From a virus (lineage: Duplodnaviria; Caudoviricetes): a stretch of DNA of 60,965 bases. The notes under the pieces were generated by a model. It was not told the origin of the DNA and made no database searches. It saw only the letters and a program-made list of their open reading frames with translations. Below are positions 54,480-60,965 of the stretch, in pieces; within the stretch, counting starts at the first letter, position 1, and each line of letters starts with the position of its first letter. Made by a program: the position numbers and the translations under genes. The stretch lies in IMG/VR virus record IMGVR_UViG_3300035144_000004, positions 1 through 60,965 of that record, one strand, 5' to 3'.

Positions 54480-56109
54480 CACCGCCACAGACTTCGCTCA
54501 GTATCAGGCAGCACTAAAGAAGCTGCGGGGCATGGCTCCTGTCCAGAAAGCCCAGCCGCTTGCCAAGATAACCGAGGCGTGTCTACAGGCGGAAGCTACT
54601 CAAGACATGCTGAAGTTCAACGATTATACATGGCAACTTAATTCCCCGTATCTTGCCGGCCGACACACGATTGAGATTGCACAAGCTCTTGATGATGCGA
54701 TAGCGCGATTCTATCAGGGCAAGTCAACCTACATGATCGTGACACTCCCATTTCGACACGGAAAGAGCCAGATCGTATCGCGTTCATTCCCCCCATACGT
54801 GTTTGGCAGGCTCCAGGAGTACGAACCGGAGATTATCCTGAGCACATACGGCCAAGATCTTTCAGACGAGATGAGCCGGGATGCCCAGGAAATTGTCAAA
54901 AGCGAAGAATATAAGGAGCTCTTCCCCACGATAACCATTGACCCAAGGCGTGCGGGTGTCCAGAATTGGCGAATTAATGACAGTAATGCAAAGTTGACCG
55001 CCGTTGGACTTCAGGGTGCCGCGATTGGTAAAGGCGCTCACGTCCTGATTATTGATGACTATCTGAAGGGCAGAGAGAATGCAACGTCGGAAGTTATCCG
55101 AAATAAGACATGGCAGGGGTTTATCGACCTTATGACCCGCCTTGCCCCAGTCCACATTGTTGCGATTCTAGCTACCAGGTGGCACGTTGATGATGTTATC
55201 GGCCGGATACAGAACAAGAACAATCCAAAACATGAGGACTTTCAACCATCTTTCCCAAAGTTTAATGTTCTGAAGTACCCAGCTCGCTATGACGATGGAT
55301 CTTATCTGTTCCCTGAGAGAATGGGAGAGGATTGGTACAAGACTCAGTTCGGGACATTGCCCCCGTTTCGTATTGCTTCCGAGTTGCAGGGGGATCCGAC
55401 CATCCCAGGCGGCAACATGATCAAGACGGACAACATTCATTTCAACGCGGAGATGCCTGACGACCTTCTTTACTGCCGTTCGTGGGATCTGGCATCTACC
55501 GAGCAGGAGCGGAATAGCGACGATCCAGATTACACATTAGGGCTTTGCGTTGCAGTCCGTCAACAGATTGTCCGTGATCTGATGGGGAAAACCATACTTG
55601 ATGATGAAGGCGAACCGACAAAGATTCTGACAATCTACATCGAGGACGGTCGGTACTGCCGGGAGGAAGCGCCCAGGCGTGACGCTCTTATCCGTGCCAC
55701 AGCACTTGAGGACGGTGCCGAGGTATGGCAGGGCACAGAATCGGTTGCAGGCTACAAGGACAAGTACACCATCCTAAAGAAAACACTAGAAGGCGTGCGG
55801 GTAGTCCGGAAAATCACGCTCAGGGGCGATAAAGTGACCAGGGCAGCTATTCTGGAACCTGTTTTCCTGGTCGGCAACGTCTACATAAACGGGCACCCCG
55901 ACGAAGATCCGTGGGTTGCTCTGCTGATCAAACACCTTTCAGAGTTTCCAAACGGAGCGCACGACGACGGAGTTGACGCGCTAGTTAACGGCGTGAGTCT
56001 CTGCCTCCAACGTTATGCAGAGTATGGCATGACAGGAGAGGTAGGGGAATCACAGCAGAATAAACCCTACCACGGAGGCGATGACCTATGGGACAAGGCG
56101 GCAGTGTAA
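54472..56109 (+). CDS. terL: Terminase large subunit
   Basis: PFRHGKS Walker A, LIIDD Walker B, TRWH.DD, RSWDLA, FP.G.HDD.VDA. Confidence 0.95.
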   Translation: MTDTATDFAQYQAALKKLRGMAPVQKAQPLAKITEACLQAEATQDMLKFNDYTWQLNSPYLAGRHTIEIAQALDDAIARFYQGKSTYMIVTLPFRHGKSQIVSRSFPPYVFGRLQEYEPEIILSTYGQDLSDEMSRDAQEIVKSEEYKELFPTITIDPRRAGVQNWRINDSNAKLTAVGLQGAAIGKGAHVLIIDDYLKGRENATSEVIRNKTWQGFIDLMTRLAPVHIVAILATRWHVDDVIGRIQNKNNPKHEDFQPSFPKFNVLKYPARYDDGSYLFPERMGEDWYKTQFGTLPPFRIASELQGDPTIPGGNMIKTDNIHFNAEMPDDLLYCRSWDLASTEQERNSDDPDYTLGLCVAVRQQIVRDLMGKTILDDEGEPTKILTIYIEDGRYCREEAPRRDALIRATALEDGAEVWQGTESVAGYKDKYTILKKTLEGVRVVRKITLRGDKVTRAAILEPVFLVGNVYINGHPDEDPWVALLIKHLSEFPNGAHDDGVDALVNGVSLCLQRYAEYGMTGEVGESQQNKPYHGGDDLWDKAAV

Positions 56110-56403
56110 GAGATTTTATAGAAGGGCTGAGCGATAAAGAGTTTGAAGAGGTGCTTGATGAAGCAAAAGACCTGCCAAGAGTCGAAATCATCAATCCAAT
56201 GACCATGAAGCCGTTTAGTAAGGATTGCGAGTATGAGAATGCTTGCTTATTCGACGGTTGGGATTGGAAAAAGCACCCCGTTGCTCATCTATCATGCCCG
56301 TGCCCAAAATGTACGCCAAGATACTAAAAACCCCTTGACTTCCCCGCTATCTGCACTATGGTAATAGCTCACTGGAATAGGAAACGAAACAAGGAGTAGC
56401 AAC

Positions 56404-56601
56404 ATGCCTGAAAAAGATCAAATGAAAATCGGCGGTATTTACAAATTCAAGAGTGGAGACTGCCCGTACCTAATTTATAAAGGTTACAACTGGAGTGGCA
56501 ACGGGTACTGGCACCAATTCGCCAATAAATACAATGGCAAGATATGGTCTGAACTGCAAACTTCAGATTTGTGGATGATTGAGGAGGTACCAAATGCCTA
56601 A
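56404..56601 (+). CDS. Hypothetical protein
   Basis: AGGAGTAGCA RBS (56392-56401) after TTGACT-16-TATGGT. Confidence 0.6.
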   Translation: MPEKDQMKIGGIYKFKSGDCPYLIYKGYNWSGNGYWHQFANKYNGKIWSELQTSDLWMIEEVPNA

Positions 56602-57004
56602 GCAAGTAAATCACGAAGAATTGAACGCCCTAATCGCAACTGAGGTAATGGGGTGGGAAGTACATGAGCGCAATTCAAGCAACTACGTTTCAAAGGGCAA
56701 CGCAAATGCGCTAATGACTATTGAGACAGTCCGTACACGTGTTGCAGACTGGAACCCCACCACCGACGAACGCCACGCATTTCAGGCTTTGAAAGAGTGG
56801 GAAGCAAAAGAACCGCTAAAACGTTCAATTGTGATTGATACCCTCGGATTAACCAATGATTGGCGTATCCGATTGGACGAGGGGCCGACTGCTAACTATC
56901 CAAGCCATTACGCAGAAGGTGAATCCCTCCCCGCCGCGATCAGCCTAGCCCTCGCCGCTGCCTATGGCCATGACGTTGAGCTTAAGGAGGATTGTAAGCT
57001 ATGA
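56594..57004 (+). CDS. Phage ABA-sandwich (BC1872-like) protein
   Basis: ELNALIA..VMGW...WNP.TD...A......P.AI..A. Confidence 0.65.
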   Translation: MPKQVNHEELNALIATEVMGWEVHERNSSNYVSKGNANALMTIETVRTRVADWNPTTDERHAFQALKEWEAKEPLKRSIVIDTLGLTNDWRIRLDEGPTANYPSHYAEGESLPAAISLALAAAYGHDVELKEDCKL

Positions 57005-58473
57005 GACATTGTCCAGTCTGCAAAGTTCTTGCCAGGTGGCTATCGTGCCGTAGCACAAGGCCAAAGCAATCGCCAAAAAGACTACTAAAATCAGCAACAA
57101 AAAGAGCAGGAGTGAAAAGCATGCCCAAAGTAGAAGAGGCTTGGATTATCGAAAAAAGATCAGGATTAGCACTAGGTGTTAAGTGTGGCAAAATGAAATT
57201 TGGAGCCATAAGTAATGCGTTAAGATTTTCGAGGAAAGAAGATGCTGTAGATTTCTACGGTGCATTTTTGTCTGATCTCGGTGTTGACGCAATGTTCATA
57301 GAACATCAATGGATAGAGGATGGTCATGAAGACATTGAGCTTAAGGAGGTGGAGTGATGGACATACATGAGGCTATAGAACATGCTGAAACAGTAGCAAA
57401 CAGTTACAATGACACGGTGCCGAACTGTGATTGTGCGCGGCATCATAGACAACTTGCGGGATGGTTGCGACAGCTGATAAAGTACGAAGATATAATCAGG
57501 AAAGCGGCGAACTACCTTGACGCAACACACCGTGAATATGTGTTTCCTGAGGATATAGATTATTTGCAAAGTCTACTGAAAACCCAATGCACCGCAGACG
57601 GATGTGTTGACGGCTGCGACGGGTGCCACGAACCGCCGGAGGATAAGTGCGCGGATGATTGCCCGTTCTGTGACATAATGAACATTCTCACTTACTCAAA
57701 GCAGCAAAGCGAGGTGGATAACTGATGATCTACGAAAGCAACGGCATATCATTGCCGAACATGACCCAGACCGCAACGGCATCAGATTGCACTTGTCAAC
57801 TTAAAGAGATCTCCAGTTCTAACGCAACAGGAGAAGATATTCTTTACATTGAGACATGCAATAGCTGTTTAGCTTCTCATATACCCAAATCTGATCCTGA
57901 TTATGAACCAAAGAAAAAGAAGAAGCGCGGCTACGACTACAGCGCGTTCGTGAAAAAGAGGAGGAAGCGATGAATATTTTGAGATGGTTCAAGCGATTTG
58001 CTTGTGAGCACGCATGGGAGGTCTACAAGTTTCAAGCATTAAACAACTTGCCAGGAGAGGTGGATATTAAATGTACCAAATGCGGCAAAATGGATAAGGC
58101 GCGAAAGAACGCACGGAGGAAGAATAGATGATTAGCAAAGCAAGGGCATATTTGGCAACTGCGTTTGTAGTTGGGTATCTGGATGCAATGTGGTTCTTAG
58201 CGTATGGATTCATGGAAAATCACTCGCTAATCCGCACGGAATGGCTTTATTGGTCGATTGCAGCAATAACAATCACACACATCATGCTTTTTATTGTGTG
58301 CGTGCACAAGCATTGTGAGGAGGGTAAGTGATGAATTCACTCGTATTCGGACTGTCGGTTCTTTCTTTGTCTCTGATAGTTTTAGTTTTTATATTGTGCT
58401 ACCGTGTAACGCACTGGAAGTACAAGTCCGAAGCATGGAAAGCCGCAGCCCTCAAAGCAAAGAGAATAGATAA

Positions 58474-59115
58474 ATGACCAAAACAATCGTTGACCCAATC
58501 CGGCAGGCCATGGACATGAAGAGCGGCCTGGTTCAACTCTGGTTTGACCCGACCAAGAGCGTTGCCCCAGACGGTAAGTACCGTATGCTTGGCGGAATGT
58601 GGTTTCCCTCCAACATCAAAGACCCCGAGACTGGTTATAACCGTATAGTTGGATATGCTATGATGATGGGGAGACACGTCGATTCAAGGGTGACGTACCT
58701 CTTTGCCGAAACCGAGTGGATAACCGTTGAACACATCCTTGACCCAGACGACGGCGCGATTACGTGTGAAGGTATTGTGACCTGGCTCAACTACATATGG
58801 CCGCGATTCTTTGCCAAGTCCTTCGCTATGCGGCAGGACGACGAAACCCTCTTCCGGTACCAGCTTGATTTCAGCAGGTGCGCTATGGTCGAACCGACTC
58901 CGGACTTCCACGATGCGGAATGGAGTGACGACGCCCAGCCGATCAGCATGATAAACCGCGAAATGAAACTAAACCGCCTGAAGATGGGAAGAAATACTAT
59001 TATGGTTAAGCAGCTCGACCAGTACCGGGCGGATGACGACGCGGAGAGGCACGACTATCCAGCCGTTCACGCTCTGAAGTGCTGTATGAGCGTGCTTGAC
59101 CGATATTACAATTAG
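58474..59115 (+). CDS. Hypothetical protein (possibly RNase H-like fold)
   Basis: 213 aa; GG..FP...GYA...G pattern; fold assignment is weak. Confidence 0.55.
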   Translation: MTKTIVDPIRQAMDMKSGLVQLWFDPTKSVAPDGKYRMLGGMWFPSNIKDPETGYNRIVGYAMMMGRHVDSRVTYLFAETEWITVEHILDPDDGAITCEGIVTWLNYIWPRFFAKSFAMRQDDETLFRYQLDFSRCAMVEPTPDFHDAEWSDDAQPISMINREMKLNRLKMGRNTIMVKQLDQYRADDDAERHDYPAVHALKCCMSVLDRYYN

Positions 59116-59123
59116 GGAACATT

Positions 59124-59282
59124 ATGAAGAAAGTACGACTCAACCTCGATCTGGATGCGAAAACAAAAGCTCGCCTGGACGACTTAAAAGACAAAACATC
59201 GGCAAGCTCATTGACTGATGTGATCCGTAGATCATTGGCCCGGTATTACAACAAAAGGAGGTTTGAATGTATGTATGCGTAG
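59124..59282 (+). CDS. Ribbon-helix-helix protein (52 aa, absent from the ORF track)
   Basis: MKKVRLNLDLD...KARLDDLK......SLTDVIRRSL. Confidence 0.7.
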   Translation: MKKVRLNLDLDAKTKARLDDLKDKTSASSLTDVIRRSLARYYNKRRFECMYA

Positions 59283-59656
59283 ATTTTGACGGCACAATGG
59301 TCGCTCACGAGTACCCTAAGATTGGCAGGGATATAGGTGCGTTTGCATGGCTCCAATCAGCACAAAAGAAGGGAGCTCGCATTATTCTCTTTACTATGCG
59401 TAGTGGCAAAGAACTCGATGAGGCAGTGGCTTTGTGCAAAGAGCGAGGGATTGACCTCTACGGCATCAATCACAACCCAGACCAAGACGCATGGACGACC
59501 AGTCCAAAGGCATATGGAAATATTTACATTGACGATGCAGCATTTGGATGCCCTCTGGCTGTTAGTTCAAAGATAGTACGACCTTACGTTGATTGGTCAA
59601 TTGTCGGGCCTGGCCTTCTTGAGATGTTATCTGATAACCCAAACCCAAAGGAGTAG
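59267..59656 (+). CDS. HAD-superfamily phosphatase (BT0820-like)
   Basis: VDFDGT, ILFTMR, SPK....YIDD. Confidence 0.85.
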   Translation: MYVCVDFDGTMVAHEYPKIGRDIGAFAWLQSAQKKGARIILFTMRSGKELDEAVALCKERGIDLYGINHNPDQDAWTTSPKAYGNIYIDDAAFGCPLAVSSKIVRPYVDWSIVGPGLLEMLSDNPNPKE

Positions 59657-59660
59657 ACAC

Positions 59661-59966
59661 ATGAACCACGATCCAATGTGCGCCGTAGAAGCGCAAGGCG
59701 AAATTCGCGCCGTAGAAGCGCAAGGCGAAATTCCAGCTCAGGCAGAAAGACTCGGATGTGCTCTGGCACGCTTAAACGACAGGCTGAACGAACTTGGCCA
59801 GCGCATTTCGCGTGTTTGTCGGTTGTCCGACCCATGCCCAAGAGATGAAAAAGAGAAGTGCAGTGACAATATGTCCTCTCTGGCTCAAATACTCATGGAC
59901 AAGCGGCACAATGTTGAGGACATGATTGAGAATGTCGAAGACCTGTTGAGCCGTATCGAATTGTAA
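59661..59966 (+). CDS. Hypothetical coiled-coil protein
   Basis: AGGAGTAG RBS. Confidence 0.6.
   Translation: MNHDPMCAVEAQGEIRAVEAQGEIPAQAERLGCALARLNDRLNELGQRISRVCRLSDPCPRDEKEKCSDNMSSLAQILMDKRHNVEDMIENVEDLLSRIEL
59680..59733 (+). repeat. Perfect 27-bp in-frame tandem duplication
   Basis: GCGCCGTAGAAGCGCAAGGCGAAATTC twice (AVEAQGEI repeat). Confidence 0.9.
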
Positions 59967-60290
59967 GGAGTTGCACAATGATTGAACTACTGATTGTTGA
60001 TGAGGTTGACTTTACGTTCGGAGAGGATAGCAAGCATAAGCCGGAATATATTGGCAAAATTGTAACGGCAAAGAATGACCGTTCAAATAACACATGGCCT
60101 TACTATTTTCAAGAAAATGGCCTTTGCTATTATTCTATTCCATGGGAACTTGCCGACAGGATAACGTCCCCCGCGCCTGCATCTCCGCAAATGCCGCAGC
60201 CTAGCAGTCAGCAAAACCTGATTGGCTCCATCGGCGCAAAGCCGGCGAAGATTGAAATTACATTCTAACCCAAAACATAAGGAAACAACA

Positions 60291-60833
60291 ATGGAAAACA
60301 AAGAACATGAAATGAAGCAGTACATCGGTACAAAAATCATCAAGGCCACGCCAATGACAGCGGAAGATGCGTGGGGAGTGCTAGGACGCAAGCCATGCAC
60401 TGATAACGCAGAACTCCGTGCAGAATTTATTGACGGCAACTCCAAAAAATACGTTCATCCAGGTTATTTGGTCGAGTATCCTGATGGGTATCAATCGTGG
60501 TCGCCAAGGAAGCAGTTTGAAGAAGCGTATCGCCCAATGGTCGGCATGACATTTGGCCAGGCTATTGAGGCACTGAAAGCAGGTCAGAAAGTGGCGCGTG
60601 AAAGCTGGAACGGTAAAGGCATGTTTGTCTTTAAGCAAGTTCCGTCCCCAATCAAGCCGGAGATTGTGCCGAATATGACCAGCCTTCCCCAGTCTGTTAA
60701 AGATGAGTTCATTAAGCGTGAACAAGGCCCGAACTACCAAAACCAGATGGCTATCGTTAAGCCAGACGGTTCGGTCGATTCCTGGGTTGCCTCGTCTTCT
60801 GACACTTTCGCCGAAGATTGGTGCATCGTCTAA
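60291..60833 (+). CDS. DUF2829/Tad2-like nucleotide-sponge protein with an extra N-terminal domain
   Basis: MTFGQAIEALK.G.KVAR..WNGKGMFV...W..S..D..AEDW; N-terminal YIGTK.IKA.PM...GY.V.Y.DGY.SWSP...FE.AY. Confidence 0.8.
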   Translation: MENKEHEMKQYIGTKIIKATPMTAEDAWGVLGRKPCTDNAELRAEFIDGNSKKYVHPGYLVEYPDGYQSWSPRKQFEEAYRPMVGMTFGQAIEALKAGQKVARESWNGKGMFVFKQVPSPIKPEIVPNMTSLPQSVKDEFIKREQGPNYQNQMAIVKPDGSVDSWVASSSDTFAEDWCIV

Positions 60834-60965
60834 TCACTAAAGGAAAATAGCCAATGCTAATCATTCTCGCCATGCTGTTGATAGTTGTGATATGGATGCT
60901 CTCTTCTATTCACAATGACAAGCATCCGCATGGCAAGTGCTCAGGGTTCTGGTGTCCAGAGTCCA

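Noticed and set aside
59680-59733. Possible CRISPR mini-array
   Set aside because: Two adjacent 27-bp copies with no spacer, in frame within a gene.
60839-60965. 127-bp terminal repeat as a biological direct terminal repeat
   Set aside because: The length matches a common assembler k-mer and the repeat cuts through an ORF; it indicates circularity only.

Overview
The window looks like a complete circular ~60.8-kb genome of a podovirus-like dsDNA phage; the first and last 127 nt are identical, most likely an assembly overlap. The + strand carries the terminase subunits, many small accessory genes, an ncRNA cluster (odd tRNA, full tmRNA, tRNA-CAT) and the virion module (portal, scaffold, N4-gp56-type major capsid protein, adaptors, tail fibre, tail proteins, a 2974-aa polyvalent ejection-type protein). 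The - strand (about 29.9-49.6 kb) carries early genes: replication initiator plus DnaC-like loader, HNH nucleases, Cas4-like and DEDDh nucleases, a putative recombinase and a C5 methyltransferase. I recognise no DNA polymerase, integrase, CI-type repressor or endolysin. The most interesting signal is a possible RNA-level regulatory layer. (1) The exact 10-mer AGGAGTAGCA forms the ribosome-binding site of 12 genes, and a ~110-nt putative small RNA at 39951-40065 (-) displays its antisense in a terminator loop. (2) A second RNA of the same architecture precedes the replication operon. (3) A Mu Com-like zinc-finger gene is followed by a Com-target-like hairpin that is mutually exclusive with a stem burying the capsid gene's Shine-Dalgarno. 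(4) Two related tRNA-like RNAs have aberrant anticodon arms. All protein calls come from motif recognition by eye, and no database searches were run.
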